From Cloacimonetes bacterium UBA5210 (lineage in GTDB: Bacteria; Cloacimonadota; Cloacimonadia; Cloacimonadales; Cloacimonadaceae), in contig DHVK01000012.1 in NCBI GenBank assembly GCA_002412625.1, positions 30,145 through 94,144 of the forward strand: a DNA stretch of 64,000 bases, written 5' to 3'. The notes below the pieces were generated by a model that saw only the letters and a list, made by a program, of their open reading frames with translations, was not told the DNA's origin and did no database searches. The number at the start of each line of letters is the position of its first letter. Within the stretch, counting starts at the first letter, position 1. This document shows positions 1 through 11,138 of the stretch, piece by piece. A program made the translations under genes and the position numbers.

Positions 1-194
1 AACGCTTGTTCTGCGTGCTCGCGTATTTGCCGAAAGCAACTGTGCAGGCAGCGCTTGGCACGATTCCGCTTGCCCTGGGAGTGCCACAGGGACAGCTCAT
101 TCTGGCAATCGCGGTCATGGCAATCGCAATCAGCGCCCCCTTGGGTCTGATCCTGATAAACACCTTCGGGCATAGGCTTTTGGCCAAAGACTAA
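1..194 (+). CDS. Membrane transporter C-terminal fragment, cation:proton antiporter-like (5' end outside window)
   Basis: The frame is open to the window edge. The hydrophobic tail AYLPKATVQAALGTIPLALGVPQG...ISAPLGLILIN resembles the last TM helices of Na+/H+ exchanger-family proteins. Family call is from memory only. Confidence 0.4.
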   Translation, partial: RLFCVLAYLPKATVQAALGTIPLALGVPQGQLILAIAVMAIAISAPLGLILINTFGHRLLAKD

Positions 195-261
195 GGGCAT
201 CCATCCTCTGCCCAACCCCCCATATTGCCATTCAGGGACAGAGGTAGAATTCTGCTGAGCT

Positions 262-345
262 TGAGCTGATATCGTGCTGTTATCAAGCTGTGGCCATAGG
301 ATAATAACAGCTTGAAACCAGCTTGAACTAAGTTTCATGAATCTG
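262..345 (+). repeat. Dispersed structured intergenic repeat, copy A
   Basis: GAGCTGAT..GCTGTTATCAAGCTGTGGCCATAGGATAATAACAGC..CCAGCTT..TTTCATGAATC. It aligns with the copies at 9428, 16385, 25918 and 36638. An internal 9-bp stem pairs TCAAGCTGT (283-291) with ACAGCTTGA (307-315). Confidence 0.8.
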
Positions 346-426
346 TCGTGGAAGCTTCACCCGGAACGCGGATAAAGATTTGCATTGACAAAAGAGTTGA
401 ATCTTTTAAGCATGGAGACCTAATGA

Positions 427-1707
<1,281 letters not shown>

Positions 1708-1718
1708 AGGAGGTCACC

Positions 1719-2891
1719 ATGAAACTTCGTTTGCTGCCAATACTCATGCTGCTTGCTACCGGGCTTTTTGCTCAGAGCACAAACACGCTGACTGAGCTTC
1801 AAGCTCCGCAATTCAGCAATCCTTTCTATGAAGCCTTTTCCCGAAACTTCGTAGGTTCAGAAGCTGCCGGAAGGGGCTATACGGGTGCCGCGGTGCTAAG
1901 CAGTGCCTCCGGTTCGCTGATCAATCCTGCGGTGATGCTGCCGGATAGCGCCAGTGTGTTTACCGAAATTGGGATCAAGCTGCCTCAGGATGAGGATAAT
2001 CTCCCCTTTAACAGCAACTATATATCCACAGCCCCTCTGGGCTTATTTGGGTTTAGCTTTCCAATTGGCTCAAAACTTGGGCTGGCGGCGATCTATAGCA
2101 ACCCCAAAAGCATTAGCCTGGAATCCTTTAGCATCGTGATCAATCAAGGTGCCTGGATGATTGAACGCAACCCCAAATACTATCTGCATCAATTCAGCGG
2201 CATAGCAAGTTACAGCATTCAGGAAAACGTGAGCCTGGGCTTGTCCCTTCACAACCAGATCCACTATCTGGATGATCCCATATTTCTGCGCACCTACGAC
2301 AGGGTCGAGAGATCCCGCTATGTTCTGCGCTTCCAGCCCGGGATCCTGGTTCAGCAAGGCCCGGTGATGCTTGGGGCTTCTGCCACGCTGCCGGCAGAAA
2401 TCGACTGGGATCTGCGTTACGCGCAGTATGAGACTACGCTGCCGCTTGAACTCACGGGCGGGCTCAGCTATACTAAAGATCACTACAGACTTTCGGCAGA
2501 TCTTGGCTTCATCAACGATTCCGCAGTGGACGACAATTTCTCGGATCGTTACAGCCTGCATCTGGGAGCTGAACAACGCAATGGCAACCGGATTCTGCGG
2601 GCGGGATATATGTATCGCTCCAATGTGTGGGACGGCGAGCTGATGCTGCCGGTGAACACGAGCGCGAATGCGGATTCATCGATGTTTTGGGATGATGTCG
2701 TGCGAAGCCTGCCGATCAAAGATAACTCCCAGCACTTCCTGACCGTGGGGCTGGGTTACTTCTTCAAAGCCGGTCAGCTGAATGTATCCGTTTTGCAGAG
2801 CATCATCGGGGACAATCGGCAGACACAGATCAACCTGGGGCTGAGCGTGAAGCTTAGTACCTTCAGCGGAAGAGAATTACCGCAGAATTGA
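1719..2891 (+). CDS. Secreted/outer-membrane beta-barrel-like protein, function unknown
   Basis: AAGGAGG RBS precedes the ATG at 1719. Signal peptide MKLRLLPILMLLATGLFAQ. The body is rich in alternating aromatic/polar beta-strand-like segments. Confidence 0.6.
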   Translation: MKLRLLPILMLLATGLFAQSTNTLTELQAPQFSNPFYEAFSRNFVGSEAAGRGYTGAAVLSSASGSLINPAVMLPDSASVFTEIGIKLPQDEDNLPFNSNYISTAPLGLFGFSFPIGSKLGLAAIYSNPKSISLESFSIVINQGAWMIERNPKYYLHQFSGIASYSIQENVSLGLSLHNQIHYLDDPIFLRTYDRVERSRYVLRFQPGILVQQGPVMLGASATLPAEIDWDLRYAQYETTLPLELTGGLSYTKDHYRLSADLGFINDSAVDDNFSDRYSLHLGAEQRNGNRILRAGYMYRSNVWDGELMLPVNTSANADSSMFWDDVVRSLPIKDNSQHFLTVGLGYFFKAGQLNVSVLQSIIGDNRQTQINLGLSVKLSTFSGRELPQN

Positions 2892-4018
2892 TGAAACAGT
2901 TTAGTGTTCAGATCCGAGCGATAGACAGCTACGACCTCCCTCTTCTGGAGGATGCGGTCAGTAGCTGGTTCTCTGTTCTGAAAGATAACAAGCTGAAACG
3001 CAGCAAAAGGGTGTTGATCAAACCCAACCTCCTGGGCGCGTACCCACCGGAGCGGGCAGTGACCACGCATCCCCTGGTGATCGAAGCCATCATCCGCTAC
3101 TTTCTGGCACAGAAAAAAGAAGTGTGGGTGGGGGACAGCCCGGGCGGTTCCGTATCTGTTCAAAAAGTATGGCAAACCTGTGGTCTGCAGGATCTTGCCG
3201 ATCGCTATCCGATCCGGTTGGTGAATCTTTCCACACTGCCATTTCGGGAGCTAAACTATGAGGGCACCCCGGTGAAGATCTCCGAAGCACTGTTTAAGTG
3301 TGGCATTGTGATCAATGTGGCCAAATATAAGACCCACTCTCTGATGGCGTTTACCGGAGCGCTGAAGAACCTTTATGGGCTGGTGCCCGGCATGGTGAAA
3401 AGCGAGTATCACCGGATGAACCCGAATACCGGCAGCTTTGCCCGCATGTTGCTGGCGATTTATGGGCTCTGCCGCTCCAAGATTACCTATAATATCATCG
3501 ACGGCATCGACGGCATGGATGGGGCGGGTCCCGCAGCCGGTAATCCCAAACACTTTGGGCTGTTGATGGGCTCGGATAGCATTCCCGCGCTGGATACAGT
3601 GGCTTCACGCATGATGGGTTTCGCGCTGAATGATGTTCCGTATCTGCGGGAAGCTCTGCATATGGAAGGCATTATTCCCTCGCGGATCCGCGTTCCGCAA
3701 AGCTTTTTGCGCCATAGGATCCCCGGTGTGGATATCCGGACGGTGAAGATTAGCAAAGAAAGCCTGAAATATGTGCCAAAGATCTTGCGTTTTGCCTTTC
3801 AAAAAGTATATTATTACTATCCGGTAGTGAGCGAGCGCTGCGTGAGGTGCGGAGTGTGTGTGCGTTCTTGCCCGGTGGAGGCTATTGCCTGGCAAGAAGA
3901 CGGATATCCCAAGGTTGACAAAGATAAATGCATCAAGTGCATGTGTTGTCATGAGCTGTGCCCTAGTCAAGCGGTAGATATCCACAAGTCATTTGTGGCA
4001 AAGAGGTTCTCGGCATGA
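2891..4018 (+). CDS. DUF362-like protein with C-terminal 2x[4Fe-4S] ferredoxin domain
   Basis: ATGA-type overlap with the upstream stop. The C-terminus carries CVRCGVCVRSCP and CIKCMCCHELCP cluster motifs. The N-terminal part resembles DUF362 (VLIKPNLL..., NVAKYKTH). Confidence 0.75.
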   Translation: MKQFSVQIRAIDSYDLPLLEDAVSSWFSVLKDNKLKRSKRVLIKPNLLGAYPPERAVTTHPLVIEAIIRYFLAQKKEVWVGDSPGGSVSVQKVWQTCGLQDLADRYPIRLVNLSTLPFRELNYEGTPVKISEALFKCGIVINVAKYKTHSLMAFTGALKNLYGLVPGMVKSEYHRMNPNTGSFARMLLAIYGLCRSKITYNIIDGIDGMDGAGPAAGNPKHFGLLMGSDSIPALDTVASRMMGFALNDVPYLREALHMEGIIPSRIRVPQSFLRHRIPGVDIRTVKISKESLKYVPKILRFAFQKVYYYYPVVSERCVRCGVCVRSCPVEAIAWQEDGYPKVDKDKCIKCMCCHELCPSQAVDIHKSFVAKRFSA

Positions 4019-4326
4019 AGATCAAAGCAAAGGAAACCCCGAAGATAGTGTCCTATGTGTTTTATATGGCTATCTTTCTGCTTGTGTTGTGGATCGCCTT
4101 ACTGAGCCGCAATAGCTTCTGGAATACGCATCAGCTCCAGCGTAAAGTAGAGTCCCTGGAGCAACAGGCATCCTATCTGCAGACAGTAAACGACTCTCTG
4201 GCAAAAGAAAACGCACGGTTGAAGACAGATCCCGAAGCCGCGGAAAAAGCAGCTCGGGAACAATATGGCCTTACCAAACCGGGAGAGAAGGTGTTCAGGT
4301 TCGTGCCTGCCAAAGAGGACAAGTGA
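4015..4326 (+). CDS. ftsB: Septum formation initiator (FtsB/DivIC family)
   Basis: One N-terminal TM helix and a coiled coil (LQRKVESLEQQASYLQTVNDSLAKENARLK), then AREQYGLTKPGEKVFRF, typical of FtsB/DivIC. ATGA overlap with the upstream gene. Confidence 0.75.
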   Translation: MKIKAKETPKIVSYVFYMAIFLLVLWIALLSRNSFWNTHQLQRKVESLEQQASYLQTVNDSLAKENARLKTDPEAAEKAAREQYGLTKPGEKVFRFVPAKEDK

Positions 4327-5996
4327 AGAAACACCGGTACGATATCGTCGAGATGAGCGAGATTGCTCCCCGGGCGATTACCGAGATCCAACGGCTTGCC
4401 TCCGCTCTTTTCGCCAGGGATTCATCTGCCAGGGAGCAAAGCATAACTGATCTGATCTCCCTGGTATCCCAACATCTGAAAATGATTGGGGATAAACGAC
4501 GCTTTGCGGCCGCGATTGCGGTGTTCTTCGATGCTGCGTTCAGTTGTCTGCAGCACAACCAGCTTAGCAGAAACAGCGAGCTATATAAGTTCTTCATCAT
4601 TCTGAATCACTTGCCGGTGCTGGAGAACTCTCCATTTTATGCGCAGACGCTGGACATCCTATCCCGCTACTTCCGCAAAGATCCATCCATCATCAAGCTC
4701 TTTGATCGATTGCAACTGTTATACTTGTATACAGAAATAGGGAATTTCGAAGCTGCTAAGACATTGGCAAAGGAACTTGAAAAGGAAGTCCCGGAGACGC
4801 ATCTAAGTTTTTTCACTCTATATCAGATTTGCCGATTCAAGGTCTATGATGCAATCAGCGAAGTGGAATCCAAAGTAGAGATACTATTGCGAATCACTAC
4901 CAAGATCTATGATACCGAAGGGGATGAATGCGCTCTGTTCTTGATGGGGCGCTGGTTATGCTCTTTGGAGATCATCAAAGGAACCCCGTTCTACCGGGCA
5001 CTGCTCTGCAATCTCTACGACGACATCAAGGGTTCTCAGTGCCTGAATGCCGCCATGGTTGGCTATGAGCTCTTTTCCATGGACGACAGGCTGATCTCTC
5101 CGGACGAAAAGTTGTGCCTTTACGAAGAGCTGATGGAGTATAAGGAATCGGTACTGAACGCGCAACAACTGAACTCTCTGCATTTCTTTGCCGGAAACTA
5201 TATGAGCGGAAAGAACGAGAACTTCCGGGATAGCATCCAAAGCTTCAAGTCTTCAAACTATTTCTTGCATAAATGCTGGGAACGCCTGATCGGGATTTCC
5301 CGATACCTGAGGCTGCACTGCAATCCCGTGGACTATAAGCTGAGCGTGGGATTTCTGGACAAACTCTATCTGGATCTCTCGCATCAGACGAGCATGCGGA
5401 ACAACAGCTACGTGGAAAACCTCCAGACAAACTTCGACAAGATCGAGGATCTGTATCGCGAAGTAGGCGAACTGTCTTTGCGGGATGCACTTACCGGCCT
5501 CAGAAACAGACGCTATATGGAGAACAACCTAACTCAGATCGTGGCCCTGGCGTTCAGACACAATGCGCCGGTTAGTTTCGCGATGATGGATATCGACCAT
5601 TTCAAGCGCGTGAACGACACCTTGGGTCACGCCGCCGGGGACTATGTATTGCAGGAGCTAAGCAAGAAACTACTCGGGACATTCAGAAAAAGCGATATCA
5701 TCATCCGCTATGGGGGCGAAGAGTTTCTGGTCGTGCTGTTTGATATCGGCCCCGAAAAGTGCATGAAGATGATGCAGGACCTGCGTGAAGATATCCAGAA
5801 CCAGACCTTCCAGTATCAACGACACAGTATCAGAATCACGATCAGTATCGGGCTTTCTTACGAAAAACTAAGCACATCCGGGGATTGCTGCGAGTTGGAT
5901 CGCTTTGTCCAAAACGCTGATGCAGCCTTGTATGAAGCCAAAGCGGCAGGCCGAAACCAGGTGGTTATCAATCAGAAACCGGAAAATCCTGCTTGA
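4323..5996 (+). CDS. Diguanylate cyclase (GGDEF domain) with ~380-aa N-terminal helical sensor region
   Basis: The C-terminal domain carries RDALTGLRNRR, MMDIDHFKRVND and the RYGGEEF active-site motif. The start is uncertain: GTG at 4323 overlaps the upstream stop, and an ATG at 4353 is also possible. Confidence 0.88.
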   Translation: MKKHRYDIVEMSEIAPRAITEIQRLASALFARDSSAREQSITDLISLVSQHLKMIGDKRRFAAAIAVFFDAAFSCLQHNQLSRNSELYKFFIILNHLPVLENSPFYAQTLDILSRYFRKDPSIIKLFDRLQLLYLYTEIGNFEAAKTLAKELEKEVPETHLSFFTLYQICRFKVYDAISEVESKVEILLRITTKIYDTEGDECALFLMGRWLCSLEIIKGTPFYRALLCNLYDDIKGSQCLNAAMVGYELFSMDDRLISPDEKLCLYEELMEYKESVLNAQQLNSLHFFAGNYMSGKNENFRDSIQSFKSSNYFLHKCWERLIGISRYLRLHCNPVDYKLSVGFLDKLYLDLSHQTSMRNNSYVENLQTNFDKIEDLYREVGELSLRDALTGLRNRRYMENNLTQIVALAFRHNAPVSFAMMDIDHFKRVNDTLGHAAGDYVLQELSKKLLGTFRKSDIIIRYGGEEFLVVLFDIGPEKCMKMMQDLREDIQNQTFQYQRHSIRITISIGLSYEKLSTSGDCCELDRFVQNADAALYEAKAAGRNQVVINQKPENPA

Positions 5997-6042
5997 CATA
6001 TATCGCGGAACCAAAATTTCTTTTCTTGATAAGGAGAATGCC

Positions 6043-7146
6043 ATGGCAAAAGTAATAGTAAAAAACCTGAACAAGTTTTATGATAACGGTTTTCACGCCG
6101 TGAAAGACGTGAGCTTTGTGGCTGAAGACAAAGAATTTGTAGTGCTGGTGGGTCCCTCCGGTTGCGGAAAGACCACAGTTCTGCGCCTGATTGCCGGGCT
6201 GGAAGAAATCTCCAGCGGGGACATCCATATCGGCGACAATCTGGTAAACAAAAAGCCACCCAAAGACCGCGACATCGCCATGGTGTTTCAAAACTATGCC
6301 CTATATCCCCACATGACTGTGTATGACAACATGGCTTTTGCCCTCAAACTGAGAGGGGAAAGCAAGGCTGAGATTCAGGGCAAAGTGGACAAAGCCGCCG
6401 CGCTTTTGGGCATCGAAAGCATGCTCACCCGCAAGCCGGCTCAACTCTCCGGCGGACAGCGGCAGCGCGTGGCATTGGGGCGCGCCATTGTGCGCAACCC
6501 CAAAGTCTTCCTCTTTGATGAACCGCTATCCAACCTGGATGCCAAATTGCGCGTGGCAATGCGCGCGGAGATCGTGAAACTGCACCAAACTCTGGCAAAC
6601 ACGATGATCTATGTTACTCATGATCAGGTAGAAGCAATGACCATGGCCGACCGCATTGTGGTGATGAAAGACGGCATCATCCATCAGATCGATACCCCCC
6701 TTGATATCTACAACAAGCCCGCGAACATGTTTGTGGCCGGCTTCATCGGCAGTCCGGCAATCAACATGGTCTCCGGGAAGCTGGTGGCCAAGGACGGCAC
6801 TCTCACTTTTGATAGCGGGGACTACCAGTTAGCGCTCACTCCGGAGCAGACGAAGCGCCTCAAAAACTATGAAAACAAAGCCATTATCATGGGCATCCGC
6901 CCCGAAGATATCTATGACGCCCGTCACGACAGCATGGCGGAATTTCCCCAGAAGTTTACTCCGGTGTGCGACCTCGTAGAGCCCCTGGGCAACGAGTTCC
7001 ATGTCGTGCTGAAGACCAAGCAATACAGCTTTGTAGCTCGCTTTGATCCCAAGGAACTACCCAAAGTAGGCAAAGAACTCCCCGTAACGGTGGACATGGT
7101 GAAGGCTCACTTCTTTGATCCCGAAAGCGAACTGGCTCTCTATTAA
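6043..7146 (+). CDS. Sugar-type ABC transporter ATP-binding protein (MalK/UgpC/MsmX family), no adjacent permease
   Basis: Walker A GPSGCGKTT, signature LSGGQRQR, Walker B FLFDEPLS, and a C-terminal MalK-like regulatory domain. AAGGAG RBS at 6031-6036 with ATG at 6043, so the track ORF start at 5905 is an upstream extension. Confidence 0.93.
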   Translation: MAKVIVKNLNKFYDNGFHAVKDVSFVAEDKEFVVLVGPSGCGKTTVLRLIAGLEEISSGDIHIGDNLVNKKPPKDRDIAMVFQNYALYPHMTVYDNMAFALKLRGESKAEIQGKVDKAAALLGIESMLTRKPAQLSGGQRQRVALGRAIVRNPKVFLFDEPLSNLDAKLRVAMRAEIVKLHQTLANTMIYVTHDQVEAMTMADRIVVMKDGIIHQIDTPLDIYNKPANMFVAGFIGSPAINMVSGKLVAKDGTLTFDSGDYQLALTPEQTKRLKNYENKAIIMGIRPEDIYDARHDSMAEFPQKFTPVCDLVEPLGNEFHVVLKTKQYSFVARFDPKELPKVGKELPVTVDMVKAHFFDPESELALY

Positions 7147-7147
7147 C

Positions 7148-7897
7148 GTGAAGTATCTCGCCATTCTGTTACTCCTGACCTGCATCCCGCTTACAGCTTC
7201 GGTGGGAGAGTATTCCGCGATGGCAAATGCCCTCTCCGGAATCACCCTGCTCTCGGATTCCGTGGCGGATTATGCGATCTCCCCCGTGATGGCGCAAAAG
7301 GGGCTTAGCACTTTCTACAACAGACCATTCAACAGCTCGGAGCTTACCATCCTGGGGCTGCATAACGCGGTGGGAAGAAAGAACATCTTTGTCGGAGTGG
7401 GTACCACCTACCTGCATCACGAGGACTACGTGAAGCACGAACCCTATCTGAATCTGAACTACCGCTTCCATGGCTTAGGCATCGGAGCCACCGGACACAT
7501 GATGTATGACTCTGTGAAAGGAGAGGATGGCGAGTTCGACTTTGCCTATGATCTCGGAGCTGCTTACATTCGTGGCGATTATGGCTTGGAACTCAAACTC
7601 TTGCGCGGGGATAGCGCTGATGAACAGCTTGCTTTTGGCATGAAGGCCGCTCTCAGTCCGGAAGTCACCACTGCCCTGGGCTATGTGAAGGAGAAGAATC
7701 ACGATGATTATTTCCGCTTCGGAATCGCCGCGGAACTGCATGAATACGTCTCCCTCTATGGATCCTGGCAGAACGAGCCCAATCGCTTCGGCATGGGCGT
7801 TCAGCTAAATCTGGATAGCTGGAGTGTGATGTATTCGGTGCGCACCCACACAGCCCTGGATCCCACTCACGCGATTTCCCTGGATATTTATTGGTGA
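7148..7897 (+). CDS. Signal-peptide protein, probable small outer-membrane beta-barrel, function unknown
   Basis: GTG at 7148 gives VKYLAILLLLTCIPLTASVG (signal-like). The C-terminus ends in an aromatic residue (...SLDIYW), as in many OMPs. Confidence 0.5.
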   Translation: MKYLAILLLLTCIPLTASVGEYSAMANALSGITLLSDSVADYAISPVMAQKGLSTFYNRPFNSSELTILGLHNAVGRKNIFVGVGTTYLHHEDYVKHEPYLNLNYRFHGLGIGATGHMMYDSVKGEDGEFDFAYDLGAAYIRGDYGLELKLLRGDSADEQLAFGMKAALSPEVTTALGYVKEKNHDDYFRFGIAAELHEYVSLYGSWQNEPNRFGMGVQLNLDSWSVMYSVRTHTALDPTHAISLDIYW

Positions 7898-9378
7898 AAC
7901 AGGCCCTTGGGCTGATCCTGCTCTTATCCTGTTGCCTTGCCTTCGCTCAGGTGTCCGAAGATGCTTTGCTGGGGGTGCATGAACTGAATCCTCAGGATAT
8001 TTCAGACCAACACACAGATGACAATTACAAAGAATATGAGCCCTTTAGCGGGGCTCTTTCTGTATCCGGATACAGCGGCAGCACGGACTATCTGGTCGGC
8101 TATCTGCACTTCAAACAAGAGTCCTGGCTTGTGCGCGGAGGGATGCGGCTGGAGGATCAGCGATCCGGCAACCTGCAGCTCAAGTTCAAGGATGCCCTGG
8201 CACTGGGGGCATATCGTCCGGCATGGGCGCAAGGTCTTGTCTTTAGTGCCGCAAACCAATCTCCCCGCCTGTTGAATCCGCCCCATCCGCAGAGCCACGC
8301 GCCCTTGGGGCTGGCTCTCAATCTGCAATACAAAGCCTGGGCTGTTCTGGCAGCAGTTTCCGCGGTGGAGCGGGATGTGCGCCTGGCTGGCGAAAGCATC
8401 TCATATCTGCCGCGCACGAAGGGACTTTATCTGGCAAGCACAGACGAACGCCTTGGCGCTTTCGGAGTCGTCTATGCCCGCGACCGCTTCGATGTGGGCG
8501 CCTTGTACTATCATCAGAGCTATAACCGCGGTTTTGCCAATACAGAGCTTGATTCTGTGCTGAACATGGGCAGCACGTTCATCAGGCTGAAGGGGGGAAG
8601 CAATACTGTGCAAGCAGAACTTGCGCTGCAGGGAGGACCAGCCGCCCTGAAGACAATGTGGGAAAGCCATAGCGGCAACCTACACACCCGGGTAGGTTAT
8701 GCCCGCATCGGGAAGTATCAGCGCCCCGCGTATGCGGCAAAGCCTCTGCTCTTGAGTTCTTTGGATGAGCGCGAGGAGATTCGGGCAGAGCTGAAATACA
8801 AGCTGCGCAGAAGCCTCAGCATCGCCGGCGGGACAGTGCTCAATCACCGTCGCGGAAGCCTGGATGATCCTGCCTGGCTGGCGCACAGCAGCGTCCGGAT
8901 AGCGTACCGGGATCGTGAATCGCGGTTTAGCCTCGCCCTGAAGCTGATCGATCGGGAGATCCTGTCTGAGGTGGATAGCAGCTATGTAAACAGCAAGCCG
9001 CTGCATATCCGCCTGCAGCTCAGCGCAGCGCAGCGGGTGCATGATCACTGGAGCGTGGAACTCAACGCGCGCTATCACCATCAGGAAAAGACTGCTGCCA
9101 TAAACAACGGCTCCTACTGGGCTCAACATCTGGTCTATCACCAGAGCCGGCTGAAATTCAAAACCGGATTCTCTGTTCTATCCAGCGCCAATTACAAAAT
9201 GCTGGTGATCGCGGACAACGACCTCGGTTACGAGCTTTGGGGTAAAAGCAATGTGCAGGCAGAACTGGAATGCGCGTTCAGGCTGAAGTGGTGGCATATA
9301 ACGGGGAAAGCTCAGCAGGAGCTGCAGGATAGCCGCCGCACCAAGCTCAGTTTGCGGCTCAGCAGCCGTTTTGGCTGA
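7894..9378 (+). CDS. Signal-peptide protein, probable outer-membrane beta-barrel, function unknown
   Basis: VKQALGLILLLSCCLAFAQ signal peptide. The start overlaps the upstream stop. The long body has alternating beta-strand-like patterns and ends ...RLSSRFG. Confidence 0.5.
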   Translation: MKQALGLILLLSCCLAFAQVSEDALLGVHELNPQDISDQHTDDNYKEYEPFSGALSVSGYSGSTDYLVGYLHFKQESWLVRGGMRLEDQRSGNLQLKFKDALALGAYRPAWAQGLVFSAANQSPRLLNPPHPQSHAPLGLALNLQYKAWAVLAAVSAVERDVRLAGESISYLPRTKGLYLASTDERLGAFGVVYARDRFDVGALYYHQSYNRGFANTELDSVLNMGSTFIRLKGGSNTVQAELALQGGPAALKTMWESHSGNLHTRVGYARIGKYQRPAYAAKPLLLSSLDEREEIRAELKYKLRRSLSIAGGTVLNHRRGSLDDPAWLAHSSVRIAYRDRESRFSLALKLIDREILSEVDSSYVNSKPLHIRLQLSAAQRVHDHWSVELNARYHHQEKTAAINNGSYWAQHLVYHQSRLKFKTGFSVLSSANYKMLVIADNDLGYELWGKSNVQAELECAFRLKWWHITGKAQQELQDSRRTKLSLRLSSRFG

Positions 9379-9427
9379 TCCCAGGCTACAGCTTGCCCCC
9401 TTGCTCCCCTCGCGCCTGATCTGTGCT

Positions 9428-9503
9428 AAAGCTGATTTCAAGCTATGATTATCGTGTGGCCACAGCTTGATAACAGCACAAAATCAGCTTGGTGAAGGCA
9501 GAG
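9428..9503 (+). repeat. Dispersed structured intergenic repeat, copy B
   Basis: AAAGCTGATTT..GGCCACAGCTTGATAACAGCAC..AAATCAGCTT. The terminal 10-bp arms are perfect reverse complements. It lies between convergent genes. Confidence 0.8.
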
Positions 9504-9563
9504 TAAACGCGGGATGGGTGGAGCAGGGCGCTATTTGAGAATCAGGGCAGAATGAGCGCCGGG

Positions 9564-11138
9564 TCAGAGCTCGAAGATTGCCCTAAGCGCTTGCAGGGCA
9601 TTCATATCGCAGCGAATCAAAGGCAGTTTGGGATCTATGAAAGAAGGATATTCCAGCTCCGGGCGAAGGTAGCTTTGCACCCGCTCCCCGGCATACTGCA
9701 GAGGGTTGCGGAATTCGGCAAAACGCCCGTAGCGCACATCCGTGATCTCGCCAAAAGCGATGCGCAGCAGCTTGTTACGCGCCCGCAGGGGCCAGTTCAG
9801 GTTCTTGAACACCGGCACCGGGATGGGCAGATACTGCTGCTGGTATAGATGCCATAGCCTGCGCCCCAGCCTCAGCTTCAGCGGAACTTCCGCCCAAAAA
9901 TCCATCAGCTCGGCATCCCACAGGGGTAAACGCCAGTCATAGCCCAAATCCTCATAGACCCGCACCGAGTTCACAATAAACTTGGCTTGCCGCTCCTGCA
10001 GCTCCCAATATTCATACAAGGATGCTGCGTCCATTGCGCTCATCTGTTCCGGGATATCCAGATAGCGCTCAATTCTTTGCCGGAAGCGTGTCGTTTCTTC
10101 CCGCGAAGGGTGTTTCCACAGCCGATAGTGCCGCGCCAGAATCTGTTCCACAAGCTCATGCCGGCTGAATTCGGTGGCATCTCGATACACGGCAGGAAGA
10201 TGTCCGCTTTGCAGAAAATCTCCGGTATGCCCGGGGATGAAGACGCTGTCATGCGGGATCAGCTTCCGGCTTTTGAGTTCCTTAACTGCCAGCCAATCTT
10301 GAATATGCGCGCTGGAAGTGGCATTCACGGCATACTTATAATGCTGCTTACGCTCGTTTGAGAAGTAGGCTTGGTACCAGCTCTTGTGGGTGTGTTCCAC
10401 AAACAGCCAGGGGATGTTCAGATGCTTTGCCACTTTTCTGGAGATGCGGGCTTCAGCGTTGCCTTTGGCTTCATAACTGAAGGCATAAATAGCGGGATAT
10501 TGCGCGCGTTTCAGCAGATAGGCAATCAGGCGGGAATCCCAGCCTCCGCTCAGGGGGATCACGGCGCTACGGCCGTTCAGCGAAGCGATCAACCGCTCTG
10601 TGGTGTTCCGATGAATCTCATGCAGTTGCGCGCTCAGATCCTTCTCTGAAAGCGAGCTTTCCTTATCGTGACGGTATTTGAAATACGCTTTCAAAACCGG
10701 CTTTTGGCCATCCCGCAGTAGCAGATAATGTCCGGCGGGAATCTGAAAGATCTTGGGGTGGAGCGTATCGTTCCCGCTCACAAAGCCCGTGATCAGGAAT
10801 TCTTCCCACACAGCCCTGTCCTGATCCCGGATGTGGCTGATCTGAAGCGGATCAATGGCCTCGCTGCGATCCGCCAGCAGCCCGTCAGCCGTATAGAACA
10901 GCGGGATGGAGCGGATGCGATCCACCGCTGCAAGTGTGTAACCTTTCCCCTCAAAAACCAAGGCAAAACAGCCGTTAGCCCGGGTGAGCCACGCTTCTAC
11001 TTCTGCCACAGGACTGTCTCCGGTGAAACGCTTGAGGCTCTCCTGTGCGGCGCTCAGCAGGTGTCCAAGGAGATGCAAGCCTGAGGAGTGCTGCCAACCG
11101 CTGCCGCAAAGCTTCACTGTTTCCGGATCCTCTTCCAA
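9564..11138 (-). CDS. Asparagine synthase (AsnB)-like amidotransferase/PP-loop protein
   Basis: PP-loop VIPLSGGWDSR and an overall AsnB-like C-terminal synthetase domain. There is no canonical N-terminal Met-Cys, so glutaminase activity is uncertain. Confidence 0.7.
   Translation of the reverse strand: MEEDPETVKLCGSGWQHSSGLHLLGHLLSAAQESLKRFTGDSPVAEVEAWLTRANGCFALVFEGKGYTLAAVDRIRSIPLFYTADGLLADRSEAIDPLQISHIRDQDRAVWEEFLITGFVSGNDTLHPKIFQIPAGHYLLLRDGQKPVLKAYFKYRHDKESSLSEKDLSAQLHEIHRNTTERLIASLNGRSAVIPLSGGWDSRLIAYLLKRAQYPAIYAFSYEAKGNAEARISRKVAKHLNIPWLFVEHTHKSWYQAYFSNERKQHYKYAVNATSSAHIQDWLAVKELKSRKLIPHDSVFIPGHTGDFLQSGHLPAVYRDATEFSRHELVEQILARHYRLWKHPSREETTRFRQRIERYLDIPEQMSAMDAASLYEYWELQERQAKFIVNSVRVYEDLGYDWRLPLWDAELMDFWAEVPLKLRLGRRLWHLYQQQYLPIPVPVFKNLNWPLRARNKLLRIAFGEITDVRYGRFAEFRNPLQYAGERVQSYLRPELEYPSFIDPKLPLIRCDMNALQALRAIFEL

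Noticed and set aside
5905-6042. N-terminal extensions offered by the ORF track here, and likewise at 27580-27744, 36487-36588, 58963-59091, 49038-49112, 15351-15425 and 31607-31624
   Set aside because: In most cases an internal ATG follows a good Shine-Dalgarno sequence; at 26821-27744 and at nadK the choice rests on the signal peptide/protein start and on gene overlap instead. The internal ATG coincides with the expected protein N-terminus or signal peptide. The extensions overlap upstream genes or intergenic repeats.
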